A program made the translations under genes and the position numbers. This document shows, piece by piece, positions 13,671 to 28,524 of a stretch of 64,000 nt of DNA (the stretch's first letter is position 1; each line of letters begins with the position of its first letter). The stretch is taken from NCBI RefSeq assembly GCF_009914755.1, contig NC_060937.1. One strand, written 5' to 3'. Below the pieces are notes generated by a model. That model made no database searches, was not told the DNA's origin, and saw only the letters and a list, made by a program, of their open reading frames with translations. The DNA comes from the human T2T-CHM13v2.0 reference genome, Homo sapiens.

Positions 13671-14052
13671 GAGCTATACTACAACGCAATATTAACCAAA
13701 ATAGCATGGCACAGGCATAAAAATAGATACATAGACCAATGGAACAGACTAGAGAACCAATAAATAAATCTATGCATTTACGGCTGATTTTTGACAAAGG
13801 CACAAAGATCCCACAGTAAATGATGCTTGGAAAACTGGATATTCACATGCAGAAGAGTGAAACAACATCCCGATCTCTCACTACTTAAAGTCAACTAAAA
13901 ATAGGTTAGAGTCTTAAATGTCAGACCTGAAACCATAAAATTATTAGAGGTAAACATAGGGAAAATGGTTCATGACATTGGTCTGGGCAAGGACTTTTTT
14001 GGATGAGATCTCAAAAGCACAGAAAACATATGTACAAATAGACAAGTGGGAA

Positions 14053-14688
14053 TGGTATAGGAGTTAAAAAGAAATTATTTAGGCAGATAGTGAGGGTACG
14101 GATGTCCTTGGTAAGGTTTCTCTTTTAATAAAAAGCAGCCCCCAAATCATTTCTTTTCTGAAAAAAAGCAGCCTTTAAAATCGAGCTGCAGACATAGATA
14201 AGCAAACTGGAATCTTGCACAGGTGAATGCTGGCAATCGTGACAATAGGAAAAGACTACCTAGAGGCCAGGCATGTTCAACATGGCAGATCCATCTTCCA
14301 TTTTCATTGCCAACCACGTGTACAGTAAGGAGCAGACAACATGATGCCTGCCAGATAGAAAAACTGTTTGCATAATAAAAGATTAGGGTGGGGCAGCCAG
14401 CTTCTTTGAGCTAGGTAAATGTCACACCTGGTCCAACCAATCTTTGGGCTCTATGTAAATCAGATACTGCCTCCTCTAGCTAGTCTGTAAAACCCGTGCA
14501 TTTCCCAGGGGACTGGAAAACCCACTTGGGCACTCCTCTATCTCTTCAGGAGAGAGAGTTATTTTCTTTTCTCTTTCTTTTGCCTATTAAACCTCCGCTC
14601 TTAACTTCACTCCATGTGTGTCTATGTTCTTGATTTCCTCGGCATGAGGCAAGGGACCTCGAGTATTACCCCAAACAATGCCACTTCA
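14053..14688 (+). mobile_element. ERV1 MER4-group solo LTR (LTR43/MER50/MER83-like; subfamily unresolved)
   Basis: TG...CA termini; CCAAT; ATTAAA at about 14586. Splits the contiguous L1 sequence gacaagtggga|ttatatcaa; degenerate 4-bp TSD ggaa/ggtt. Confidence 0.8.
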
Positions 14689-14699
14689 GGTTTATATCA

Positions 14700-15037
<338 letters not shown>

Positions 15038-15666
15038 AAAAACCTCTGTGCAAAAAAAGATCAAAAAGTGAAGAGACAGCTTACCGTGTGGGAGAAAATA
15101 TTTGCAAACTATGCATCTGACAAGGGGATAACATTCAGAATATATAAGAAACTCAAACAAGTCAATAGCAGAAAACAAAGAAAAAACCAATCTGAGTGTA
15201 AAATAGGCAAAAGAACTTAATAGACATTTCTCAATAGAAGACATACAAATGGCCAATAGATATATGAAGAAAAATGAAAAATGCTCAACTTCATTAATCA
15301 TCAGATAAATGCAAATCAAAATCACAATAAAATATCACCTTATAACTGTTAGAATGGTTGTTATCAAAAAGAAAAAAATATATTAAAAATACTGGTGAGA
15401 ATATGGAGAAAGGGAAACTCATATTATGTTGGTGGGAATGTAAATTAGTACAGCCATTATAGACCAGTATGGAGACTCTTAAGAAAAAACAGACTACCAT
15501 ATGATCCAGCAATTCCACTACAGGGTATATGCCCAAAGGAAATGAGATGAATATGTTGAAAATACATCTGCAACCCCATTTTATTACAGCACTATTAACA
15601 ATAGACAAAATTGCTAATCAGCCTAAGTGTTCATCAAAGGCTAAATGGATAAACAAAAATGTGATC

Positions 15667-15830
15667 CATATATATATATATATATTTTATATATATTTAT
15701 ATATTATATATTATATATATATCTTATGTGTGTGTATAGATATATATATACATAGTATTCCACTGTGTGTGTGTATGTATATAAGTATATATATGTAAGT
15801 TATATATATATGTAAATATATATGTATTAT
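15667..15830. repeat. TA/TG-rich low-complexity tract inside the L1 3' region
   Basis: Runs of tatatata and tgtgtg. Confidence 0.9.
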
Positions 15831-17409
15831 TTAAAGTAATATCCTCCAGGATCATTCATGTTGCAAATGACAGAATTTCATTCTTTTTTATTGATGAATA
15901 GTATTCCATTGTGTGGAATACTATTCATACCCTCCAGGATATTACTTTAAGTAAAATAAACCAAGTACTGAAGGACCAATATTACTATGTTCTCACTTAT
16001 GTGTAGAATCTAAAGAAGTTGGTGTCATGTAAGTAAAGAGTAGAATAGTGGTTACCAGAGGCTGAGGAGACTGTGGGGAGAGAAGAATGGGAAGAGATTG
16101 ATCAATTGATACAAAGTTAAAGTCAGGAGGAATAAGTTCTGTTGTTCCGTTGCACAGTAGGTTGACTATAGTTAATAGTAATTTATTACATATTTCGAAA
16201 TAGCAAGAAGAGAGGGTTTTGAATGTTCTCATCACAAAGAAATGACAAGTGCTTGAAGTGATGGATATGTTAATTGTCCTTATTTTATCATTGCACGTTG
16301 TATACATATATGGAAATATCACACTGTACTCCAGAAATATGTATAATTATTATGTATCAATTAAAAACAAACAAAAACTTCAAACATCAAGTGAATCTAA
16401 CTCTATAGTTGATATTAAACCATTCTTATTTCAACATATAATTACCATAAATTTAGAAAACTATGCGAATTACATTCTGCTGCTTGTTTTATTCTTATGG
16501 AGTGTTGCCAAAAAAAGTTCTATTATGAAAATAAGATACGCTGATGTTTGGTAAGAAATTTTGAATGTTATCCAAATATGTATATTCAGAAAAAGATTTT
16601 TCCTACCAAAGTTTTGCTTACATAATTCTATACTCTTAGAGATGAGTTAGTGTTGAGGGGACAGGAAATCAAAGGAAAAGAAATTGAAGTGATGTCAAGA
16701 TACTTGATGTGTTTAATAACCTAAACTTCTGACATACTTATTATTTGTAAATATTAATATTCAAAATTGATGAGATTCCAACTTAATGATTATTGTAATA
16801 GTGATATTTTCATAATAGACAAGAAGTCTTTGTATTAGATATCCAACAGTAAATAATATTTTATGATAAATTAACTGTACTTTTTTTAGATCATGAACAA
16901 GATAAAATATATGTTTATACATATATAGCTGTACACCAAACTATTTGAAATTATCATAAAAAATTTATTATATATCATCTAAAATACCATTTCCTTTAAA
17001 ATACCTTAATGTTTGCCAGAAATGAAACACATTTGCTCTACTCAAGTTCACCATTCGCAATGTATCTCTGACTACACTAAAAATACTAATTAAACCGATG
17101 GTATTATTTCTGTTTTTCAAATAAACCAGAATAGAGTGAAAAGGTAGTTACTTTCTTTTTAAAACAGAAACTCTGAGCTATGAGTATTGCTTTATAAATT
17201 CTCTAATACAATAATGAAAGAAAACTATTTTCTTGCAGCAATTACTTTGGAGAGAGAAACTCATAGAACCTCAAAATGGATACTGAAAATTACAAATGAG
17301 CTTAATGTCCTTTATTTATATTTTCAGCTATTCAATAAAAATCAGCTTTTTTTCTGCCTTCCTGGTGAAGTATCACAAAGTAAAAACATGTAAATAACTT
17401 TAATCTAGG

Positions 17410-17515
17410 TCAAAGGAAAGAAAAAAGGAAGTGAAAAGGAAGGGAGGGTGGAGTAAAGGGAATGAGGGAAGGAGGGACAGTGGAAGTAAAGAAGGTTGGA
17501 AGGAAGGAAAGAAGG
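17410..17515. repeat. Purine (GA)-rich low-complexity tract
   Basis: ggaaagaaaaaaggaagtgaaaaggaagggaggg...ggaaggaaggaaagaagg. Confidence 0.8.
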
Positions 17516-17832
17516 ACTACTAAAGAACTCTTTTCCATTGTTTTACCTAATGATAACAACTGTTGTGATTTCTTACACTAAAGATTTGTTTTGGCTCTCT
17601 TTGAAATTTATATGAATGACTCTTAGAGTAAAATACACAGATAAAAATAGAAACATATAAATATCTATAATAATATGGGCAATATACACATAGATATTTA
17701 TACATATATAGGTATCCTTAGTACAAAAGTTTCAGAATAATGGAACTAAAATAACAATTACTATGAAAAGATACATTAAATGTAGAATAAACTGCTACTT
17801 ACAAACAAGTGCAAAGACTGTGTTTTATTTCA

Positions 17833-19852
17833 ATTTTCTTTTTTTTTAATTTATCTTTTATTTTAGGTTCAGTGGTACATGTTCAGGCTTGTTATAGAGG
17901 CGAACTCATGACTCGAGGGTTTTGTGTACAGGTTATTTTGTCACCCAGGTACAAGCATAATACTAAATAGCTTTTTTTTGGCGGGGGGAACCTCTCCTTC
18001 CTCCCATCCTACACCCTCAAGTTGGCCCCAGTGTCTGTTGTTCTGTTTCTGTCCATGTGCTCGCATTACTTAGCTGCTACTTATAAGTGAGAATGTGTGG
18101 TGGTGTTTGGTTTTCTCCTCCTGCGTTAGTTTGCTAAGAATAATGGCCTACAGTTCCTTCCATGTTCCTGCAAGGACATGACCTCATTCTTTTTCATGGT
18201 TGCATACTATTAAATGGTGTATATGTACCACATTGTCTTTATCCAGCCTATGGTTGTTTGGCATTTAGGTTGATTCCATGTCTTTGCTATTGTGAATAGT
18301 GCTGCAATAAACATATGCATACATGTGTCTTTATGGTAGAATAATTCATATTCCTTTGGGTATATACTCAGTAGTGGAATTGCTGGGTTGAATGTTAGTT
18401 CAGTTTTTAGTTGAGGAATCACCACACTGTCTTCCGCAACAGATGAAGTAATTTACACTCTCCACCAGTAGAGTGTAAGCATTCCCTTTCCTCTGCAACC
18501 TTGCTAGCATGTGTTATTTTTTGACTTTTTAATAATAGCCATTCTGACTGGTGTGAGATAATATCTCATTGTGATTTTGATTAGTATTTCTCTAATGATT
18601 AGTGATATTGAACATTTTTTCATAAGTATATTGGCTGCAAGTATGTCTTCCTTTGACAAGTGTCTTCATGTCTTTGCCCACTTTTTAATGGTGTTGTTTG
18701 ATTTTTGTGTGTGTGTTTATGTTCCTTATAGATTGTGGATATTAGAGCTTTTGTCCTTTTGTCAGATGTATAATTTGCAAATATTTTCTCCAATTCTGTA
18801 GGTTGTCTGTTTGTTCTGTTGATAGTTTCTTTTGCTGTGCAGAGGCTGTTTAATTAGATCTCATTTGTCAATTTTTGCTTTTGCTGAATTTGCTTTTAGC
18901 ATTTTAACGATGAAATCTTTGAGAGTTTCTATGTTCAAAATAGTATTTTCTAGGTTATCTTCCAGGATTTTTATAGTTTTATGTTTTACATTTAAGTCTA
19001 TAATCTGTCTTGAAATGATTTTTGTATATAGTGTAAGGAAGGGGTCCAGTATCACTTTTCTACATGTAGCTATCTAGTTATTCCAGCACCATTTATTGAA
19101 TAGGTAATCCTTTCCCCATTGCTTGTTTTTGTCACCTTTGTCAAAAATCATGGTTGTAGGTATGTGGCTTTATTTCATGGCTCTATTCTGTTCCATTGGT
19201 CTATGCGTCTCTTTTTGTACTAGTATCATGTTGTTTTGCTTACTGTAGCATTGTAGTATGGTTTGAAGTCAGGAGTCAGGCAGTATGACTCCTCTAGATT
19301 TGTTCTTTTTGCTTAGAATAGTTTTGAGTATTCAGGCTCCTTGGTTCCATATGAATTTGAGAATTAGTTTTTTTAGTTCTGTGAAGAATATCATTGGTAG
19401 TTTGATGGGAATAGCATTGAATCTATAAATTGCTTTGGGCAGTATGGCCTTTTTAATAATATTGATTCTTCCTATCCAAGGATATGAAATATTCTTCCAT
19501 TTGTTTATGTAATTTATGATTACTTTGAGGAGTGTTTTGTAATTCTCATTGTAGAGATCCTTCACTACCCTGGTTAGCTGTATTTCTAGGTATTTTATTT
19601 TATTTTTTGGCAACTGTGAATGAGATTGCCTTCCTGATTTGACTCTTGGCGTGGGTGTTGTTAGTGTATAGGAATGCTACTGATTTTTGTATATTGATTT
19701 TGTATTCTGAAGCTTTGCTGAAGTTGCTTATCAGCTCAAGGAACTTTGAGGCAGAGACTATGGGGTTTTCTAGATATAGAATCATGTAACTTGTAAACAG
19801 GGATAGTTTGATTTCCTCTCTTCCTATTTGGATGCCTTTTATTTCTTTCTCT
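17833..19852 (-). mobile_element. L1 (old L1PA/L1PB) 3' 2 kb: RT C-terminal part, 3' UTR and poly(A)
   Basis: ORF2 peptides MILYLENP..., [14 protein letters not shown] and [11 protein letters not shown] in minus ORFs; poly-T at about 17835-17865. Confidence 0.93.
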
Positions 19853-19860
19853 AAGTCTAG

Positions 19861-21699
19861 AGACTTGATCAGCAGAAACCCTACAAGCCAGAGGAGATTT
19901 GAGGCCTATATTCAACATTCTTAAAGAAAATAAATTCCAACCAATAATTTCATATCTGGCCAAACTAAGCTTCATAAGCAAAGGATAAATAAGATCCTTT
20001 ATAGACAAGCAAATGCTGAAGGAATTTGTTATCAACAGAACTGCCTTATAAGAGCTCCTGAAAGCAGCACTAAAGATGGAAAGACCATTACCAGCCACTA
20101 TGAAACACACTTAAGTACACAGACAGTGACCTTATAAAGCAACTACACAGGCAAGTCTGCATAATAACCAGCTAACAACACAATGCCTGGATAAAATCTA
20201 CACATATCAATACTACCCCTGAATGTAAATGGGATAAATGTTCCAATTAAAAGGCAAAGAGTGGCAAGCTGGATATAAAAGCAAGAGCCAGGGGTATGGT
20301 GTCTTGAAGAGACCCATCTCATCTGCAATGACATGCATAATCTCAAAATAAAGGGATGAAGAAAAATCTACCAAGCAAATGGAAAACAGAAAAAAGCAGG
20401 AGCTGTAATCCTAATTTCAAGCACAAAAGACTTTAAACCAACAAAGATCAAACAAGGCAAAGAAGGGCATTACATAATGGTAAAGAGTTCAGTTGAACAA
20501 GAAGACCTAACTATCCTAATTCTATATGCACCCAACACAGGTACACTGATTCATAAAACAAGTTATTAGAGTCTTAGATTCACACATAGTAATGATGGGA
20601 GACTTCAACACCCTGCTGACAGTATTAGACAGATCATTGAGGCAGAAGATGAACAAAGAGATTCAGGACCTGAACTCAACACTTGACCAAATGGACCTAA
20701 TAAACATCTCCAGAACTCTCCACTCAGAGATGACAGAATATATACTTTTTGTTGTCACACGGTACATGCTCTAAAGTCAACCATGCAATTGGACATAAAA
20801 CAACCCTGAATAAACTCAAAAAAACTGAAATCATACCAACCACACTCTTGGACCACGGAGCATCAAAATAGAAATGAAGGTCAAGAAAATTGCTCAAAAC
20901 CATACAATTACATGGGTATTAAACAACGTGCTTCTGAAAGATTCTTGAGTAAATTAGGAAATTAAAACAGAAATGAAGAAGTTATTTGAAAGTAATGAGA
21001 ACAAAGGTACAACATACTAGAATCTCTGGGACACAGCTAAGGCATTGTGAAGAGGAAAATTTATAGTACTAAACACCCATATATAAAAGTTAGAAAGGTC
21101 TCAAATTAACAACCTAACATCACAATGAGGAGAACTAGAAAAACAAGAGCGAACCAACCCAAAGGCTAGCAGAAGACAAGAAACAACCCAAATCAGAGCT
21201 GAACTGAAGAATATACAGACACACAAAAAAAGCACACAAAAGAACAGATCTAGGAGTTGGTTCTTTGAAAACAACAACAATGACAACAACAACAACAACA
21301 AAAAACAGGATAGGCTGCTAGCTAGACTAATAAAGAAGAAAAGAGAGAAGATCCAAATAAACACAATCAGAAATGACACAAGAGACGTTACCACTGACCC
21401 CAAGAAATACAAATAACCATTAGAGACTGCTATGAACATCTCTGTGCACACAAACTAGAAAAGGTAGAAAAAATGGATAAATTCCTGGACATATACATTG
21501 AATGAATCCCTGAACAGACCAATAATGAGCTCTGAAATGGAATCAGTAATAAATAGCCTATCAACCAAAAAAAAAAAGCCTGGGACCAGATGGATTCACA
21601 GTCAAATTCTACCAGAAGTGCAAAGAGGAGCATTCCTACTGAAGCTATTCCAAAAAATTGAGGCGGAGAGACTTCTCCTCAACTCATTCTATGAAGCCA
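19861..21699 (+). mobile_element. L1 segment (ORF1 3' end to ORF2 endonuclease/linker), inverted relative to 17833-19852
   Basis: cagaaaccctacaagccag, ccaaactaagcttcataag, peptides MMGDFNTLLTVLDRS and ESLNRPI; multiple frameshifts. Confidence 0.93.
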
Positions 21700-21837
21700 C
21701 TCAAGTGAGAGCCAGAGATAAACATGATAGGAGAATTTATTAATATAAAGCATAAGGGCATTTTATATATGAATTATTTTAAATTATTTTACCCACTTCT
21801 GCACAAAATGTACTTTCCATTTTGTTAATATTAAAGC

Positions 21838-21978
21838 TATAGTTCTTGAAGTGTTGTCCCTGAACATCAACATCAGCTGTGAACTTGCTAGGAATGCAAA
21901 GTACTAGGCACCACCTCAGACCTAATGAATCAAGCCCTCTGGGAGGTTCTGTTGGATGCTCAAGTTTGAGAATCACTG
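21838..21978. mobile_element. MER5A (hAT-Charlie MITE), internally deleted
   Basis: gaacttgctaggaatgcaaa...cagacctaatgaatca...caagtttgagaatcactg. Confidence 0.75.
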
Positions 21979-22104
21979 ACACAGAATATTAGTATATGTC
22001 CTGGCCAGAAACTTCGAAATCTACTGAAACACTTCATTTTATGAAATTATTTTAAATTTATGTTATTTTATAATTGAAATATTTGTGTCATTTTTTTCTA
22101 ATAA

Positions 22105-22560
22105 TCCATTTAGTTAAATTTGCCACAAATGTATTGAGTGCCTACTCTCAGGGCTGATATTCTAGGACTGAAAGACCTAAAGATAAACATATTACAATCT
22201 CTTTTGAACAACTCAGAGCAACTAGTTGTTTGGGGAAGACTAATAATGACCAAAAGAACTAACTGATAAGTGCTGACATAATATAATTTGGGCTCTGAAT
22301 TAAGAAAGGAAGCTGAACCACCTGAATTTGCATACAGATTGTATAAATAGAAGGAAGGCTGTGTGGAGAAATATGTGCCTTAGCTAGACTTAGAGTATAA
22401 GCGGATGGTTGATGTTACTACAATCTACTTTGTAGATGAGGAGACCAAAACACAGAAGGCCAAAAAATTCATATGAGACCATAAAACTAGAAAATAATTA
22501 GTCTGGAATTCAAGTCAATACTTCTGGATACAGAATGATCCTTTATCTTTCCTTATTTTA
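22105..22560 (-). mobile_element. L2 3' end followed by MIR fragment
   Basis: acaaatgtattgagtgcctact (L2 end); tttgtagatgaggagacc (MIR core). Confidence 0.5.
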
Positions 22561-23007
22561 CTTCATTATTCCAAAAGGTAAAGAAACCAGCTAAAGAAAC
22601 ATGATTAGTGAAAGCCTGAACCAAGAACTACATTCAGACTCCCTCATTCTTATACTAACGCTCTTCCTTTGATCCAATATGTCATTGCAAGACAACTCAC
22701 AAAATAAGATATAAAATGAATTACTTAAATAAATTAGTGAAGAAAGGCATATAGTCAATATGAGATAATGTTTTTCCTTTTTTACTCTTTGTATATAAAT
22801 ATGCTGCAGAGGGAAAAAAAAAACATGTACCTTTCTTACAGTGTCAGTAACTCAGCTGAAATTTTAAAATCATATTGATTAGTAAATCATCCCAGATAAA
22901 AATTAAACTGCCATAAGCAGGCCTAATCATTTTTAGTGTCAACTAACACTATTTATTTGCCTATATATACATATATAATTTTTCAATCTTATATTGAATG
23001 AATGTCA

Positions 23008-23378
23008 TGTTGGACCCCTATTGACTTCAATAGGAATAACACTACGTTCTAGAGGCTGAAGAAGAGACCAGAACCAATGAATGAGATATAGGGTTTATCA
23101 AGGGGAACTTACAAACAAGGATGGTCCAGTGTCTGGGAGAGCCATAGCAGAACCACCACGCTTGTAAACAGCATGCAGTTTATATAGCATTTTCACTTAG
23201 CAATCTTCACCTAATAACCTCCACCTGGCAATCTTCATTTAACTCCAAATGAAGGAGCTTCATCCCCTGTACAGCCTGCATTCCATGGGATTGGATGGGG
23301 TTCCTCATAAATAAGGAATCAATCTCCAGGCTGGTCACTCCTGGATTCTTTAGTTCAGGACTCTAAACACACTTTTGA
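23008..23378 (-). mobile_element. LTR47-like solo LTR
   Basis: Minus strand gtgtttagagtcctgaactaaagaatccaggagtgaccagcctggagattgattccttat; plus-strand start TGTTGG; gaggctgaagaagagacc motif. Confidence 0.65.
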
Positions 23379-24914
23379 ACAACGAAGAATGAAAAAGAGG
23401 TCGGTGTATTATTTTTCCCATTCCCTTAATCATATGAAACTTTCCCTTCATATATTCCTCCAAGAGCTAGTCTGTCCAACACAGTCACTCCATGTTGCCA
23501 TGCTGACTGTGAATTCCAGGTATATTATTTCTTCCCCTTCTCCCTTCAGGCCTAGAGGTAGTAATGGACTCCATTTTTCTCATCTGGATGCCTTATTATT
23601 TAATTTGTTCCCCAAATACTGCAATATCTAGGTAAAAAATTTCTTCATTAATTATGTTCATTGGAAACAACCATGATGAATTTCCTCAATGTAAATACAT
23701 TTTCCAATTTGAGTGTTTGGTACTAGGGATGACCCCAAGATACTGGCATCAGAATGGGAATTTGAAAGCCTAACATGTTTGAGAAATATAGAGATCACAT
23801 TTATTCAAAATATCCAGAGTAGAGACATGGAATATAGAGCTGATAAAGGACAAAGATTTGGGTCATTAACTAGATGTTTAAAAAATGCTTTAGCAACAAT
23901 GGAAGTTATAAAGAGTGTAGATTGGGATTGAGAATGTACAAAGGACTAATGATAAGCTTAGGGCCTATGACTCCAAATTCAAGGCACAGATAAAGAACTG
24001 GGAAGCTTTTATGACCTAAAATATCTTTTATCTCTAGTAGCATCGGGACAAGCATATGGAAGAATCAGGCCCCAAATCTAACAGTGATATACAACATAAT
24101 GCCTGTTTACTACACAAGATCATAAAATTATGCTATTAATGAGGCCTGGTTGGGTAGGAGTGGAGCTCTGAGACTTGGAGACAATTAGAGGGCATGAACA
24201 AAGCCAAGAAACTTGAACTCTTTCCTTAAGCCTTCTTTGATTGCAGAAGCATCACTTCCTCCAATGAGGAAACCTGCCTACTCTTGAAGCTAATCTCTTC
24301 AAAACCCTCACCAGGATTTTACCAGGAGCAGATACTTTGCAATATGATGCCTATTTTTCCTTAGGACCTGTCCTCCTATGCTTCATTCTCTATAGGCTTA
24401 CTCCTTCTATTTATGCCCAAAGGGAAAATCACAAGTTCTGCACTTACAAGATATATCACACATCAAATAAATTACAGTATTGTACTAATGTATATGGAAA
24501 AGTACATTGGGAGTACCTATAGGAAAAGATTCAAAGGGTATCAGATTAAGGTTGAACTGGGTGAAATGAATTGGTATGGTTCTACTTACCAAGAATCCAG
24601 AGGAGTGGATCTAAATCTTGTAGGGGTTAACGTAAGCCTCTATTAATCGGAGTTCTAGAATCTGTAATGCTAATATTTCCCAGGAATACTGTAGAGGAAA
24701 AATTTTTTTAAAAAATACTAATATATATGGCAATTATGCAGTGAATCTAACAAGGCCAAACCATTATGACATTTTAAGACATTCACTGACAAGAAAACCT
24801 ATAGTGAACTTTTAAAGCTCTCTGCTAAGCAAACTATAGACTCTGATGACACTAGTGAATTGAGCTCTTTGGTATCTATATCAACAATGTACCAAAGACA
24901 GTGTGGACACGAGT

Positions 24915-25146
24915 GTCACTATAGATCCCTGCCAGTAGCCCAGTTAAGCCAGTCGCCTTTTAAGGATAAAGAAAGTTTTATTGTAATATAGCAGCATTCA
25001 TTTGATTATGCATTATTTATTTTTGGTTTCTTTTGACAACAACAAAGTCAAGTAATTATGACAGAGACCATATACCCCACACTCCCAAGGCCTACACTAT
25101 TATTTACTATCTGGTATTTTACCCAGAAAAAGTTTGGTGGTTCCTG
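24915..25146 (+). mobile_element. MER58A (hAT-Charlie MITE)
   Basis: aaagttttattg...gacagagaccata...tatttactatctgg...cagaaaaagtttg...cctg. Confidence 0.75.
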
Positions 25147-25912
25147 TTATGATTCCAAGGGTAGAGTGTTGATTTACGTGTGTATATACAACTCCAGAGG
25201 TAAAAAAAATTGATCATGAGGTATGAATGTATGAAGGTATCATGTATGAAACAGCTGAACAGTCCACTGAGTTATTACTTGGTCTATTTAATTAGAAAAT
25301 GTATAGATCTTTTGTGTAGAAATCTGCATTGAGTCATCATGTATTATTATGCTCTCTCTCCAAGTTATTTTATTTAAATTAGTTCAGAAATTCAGAAGCT
25401 TCACTGATTATAAGGCTGGATTCTTTAAGAAAGAATGCTGTAAAATTGCTGCAAATCTATAATGGAAATATTTATCCATGCTTTTCACAAGCATTAGATA
25501 TTGGAAAATGAAAAATACCAAAAGCATTCCAGGAGTTATTAAATGTGATCCCTGAATTGAAGTAAGTACCTCACAATCCTAAAATGCCACAATATCCAGC
25601 AGCAGAGACTAAACCTTTGAAAGCCAGGTAATAAATTGTATATTTGCTCACATCCATACCCTGGTGTGTTCCACCAGATGAATAGGCTAAACCTAGTTAT
25701 TTCCTCAGTCTCAGAATACATAGTTGGAAAAGATATATCAGAAACTGTCACAATTCTCATATTGAGGTCTCGACCCACACAGAGTCAGGTGTATTAAGAA
25801 AGAATGTGTCAATTGAACTATCACCAGGCACCTAACACAGTGCTACACAAAAAGCTATACTGCATTCATAAGCACTTTTCAGATATCAGCATCACATTCA
25901 AAACTTGAAATA

Positions 25913-26222
25913 GGCCTGACGTGGTAGCTCACGCCTGTAATCCCAGCACTTTGGGAGGTCAATGCGGGAGGATCATGAGGTCAGGAGACTGAGACCATCC
26001 TGGCCAACATGGTAAAACCCTGTCTCTACTAAAAATACAAAAATTAGCTGCGCATGGTAGCATGTCCCTATAATCCCAGCTACTCAGGAGGCTGAGGCAG
26101 GAGAATCGCTTGAACCAGGTTGTCAGAGGTTGCAGTGAGCCAAGATCGCACCATTGCACTTCAGCATGGTGACACAGCGAGACTCCGTTTAAAAAAAAAT
26201 AAAATAAAAAAATTTAAAAAAG
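25913..26222 (+). mobile_element. Alu (AluSc-like)
   Basis: gagaccatcctggccaacatgg; TSD core cttgaaata on both sides. Confidence 0.95.
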
Positions 26223-26792
26223 CCTTGAAATATTAAAGAGTAGAGATTCCATTATATTACAAATTAATTTATTTGGAAGATAAAAATGTCAGATGGATTT
26301 CAGACAATAACTAGATTATCACTAATATAATCAGGCAATGAAGATAATTGAAGCTGATACTCCAGATGTGATATTTTTACATCAGAAAATCCACATATCC
26401 CTTGAAACTTAGTGTGAAGCTGTCAACTTCCCATAACACTTTGTAAAAAGAAGCAACATTATTAGGGGAATCTAAACTTGTTTATGTTCTGCTAAAGGGG
26501 AGAAAAGCTTCACTTCAATGTTTTGCTACAGAAGAATCACAACTCTCCTTTTCCATATATTTAGGAAGAACTTTAATTACCTTGATAATGCATATACCAA
26601 CACACTTTTCCATATGTGATATTGCGATTATTAAATGTAGAGGGCAAAAAACAGCAAGTATGCTAGATGTCTTCATTGTCAGAGGGTAGGAGATAAATCT
26701 TACAAACTTTAAGTGGCCTATGACATTGGTGAAAGTAAGTATACAAATTTGACTGTGTTAAGAAATTGCCTTTATGAAAAGTTCTTATTTTA

Positions 26793-27128
<336 letters not shown>

Positions 27129-27149
27129 TAATTCTTATTTTATTCAAAT

Positions 27150-27945
27150 TTTATTTTTTCTTTTTTATTTTTAATTAGTTAATATTTTGGTAAGAATATT
27201 CAAGGTGAAATATGTCTTTCATCAAATTGTTGAATGCACAATGCAGTATTTGGTAACTATAGGTACGACGTTGCACAGAAGATGTCTACAAGATGTTCAT
27301 CTTGCATAACTAAATACTTATGTCCATTAAACAGCTACTCCCCATTTTCTCTCCCTTCTAGCCACGGGAAACCACCGCTTTCCTCTGTTTCTATGAGTTT
27401 TACTGCTATAAATTCCACTTATAAGTAAAATTATGTAGTACTTGTCCATCTGTGACTGGCTTATTTCACTTAACATAATGTCTTCCAGATTCATCTATGT
27501 TGTTGTATATGCCAGGATTTCCTTTTCTTAGCTGACTAAATAATATATTATATATAATATTACTTATATATATAATATAAATACATTGATATTACATAAA
27601 CATATGTATTAATAAACATATTTATATTATATGAATATAAATATATAAATGTATAATATAATATATAATATGTATTTTATATCTCACCTATTCTTTATTA
27701 TATATATATCTCACATATTCTTTATTTATTATTCTGTCAATAGATATTTAGGTGTTTCCATATCTTGACTACTGAAAATAATAGTGCAATAAACATAGGA
27801 GTGCACGTGTCTCTTCGAGATCCTGATTTCAATTCTTTTGGATATATACACAGAAGTGGGATCACTGAATTACATGATAGTTCTACTTTAATGTTGTGAA
27901 GAACTGCAATACTGTTTTCTATGGTGATTGCACAATTTTACACTA
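27150..27945 (-). mobile_element. L1M (MA9/MB-like) 3' end with internal AT-rich tract (27540-27710)
   Basis: tgtgactggcttatttcacttaacataatgtcttccag; gatcctgatttcaattcttttggatatata. Confidence 0.85.
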
Positions 27946-28524
27946 AGAAAAAGGCACAAGTTTTGATAGGTCCTTTACTGAAGACATTGCATGTAAAATG
28001 TAAGTGTTCTCCATCCACCAATTTACCAATAAGCTCACTGGTCTACCACTTTTGCCTCAGTTCCAAAGCAAGAGAAGCCTCTGCTTTAGGTCTGAGATTT
28101 TGGACATGGTGTTCTGCAACTTTGGCATTAGGAGGCAGAAGATCAAATAGTAGTAGAAATATTAATGACTGATAGGAATGATCTATTGATTCTCTAGCTA
28201 GCCCACTTGGAGAATTAGAGCTCACACAATGGGAGCTCCCATTGTGTGGGAGCACAATTATACTTCAACTTCCAATAAACATTGTCTGAGAGTCATCTCC
28301 TAAGAGAGAATGGGGACTAGGAATCAACTGTGACCCCATTAACTGACTATGGCTCACATAATCTTAGAATATGTACATCCGCATTCCATCATTACACACA
28401 AATTGTATATCTGAGAAAGAGTGAACAGGTCTAGAAGTAAATCACATGGAAATGTAACTCAATCCCCTTGGTACTTATTTCTCCTGTTTCATCACTTCTA
28501 CCTCAATCAATAACTAGGACCTTA

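Noticed and set aside
23017-23034. 8-bp palindrome cctattga-ct-tcaatagg
   Set aside because: Short, lies inside the LTR47-like element, and is expected by chance in 64 kb.
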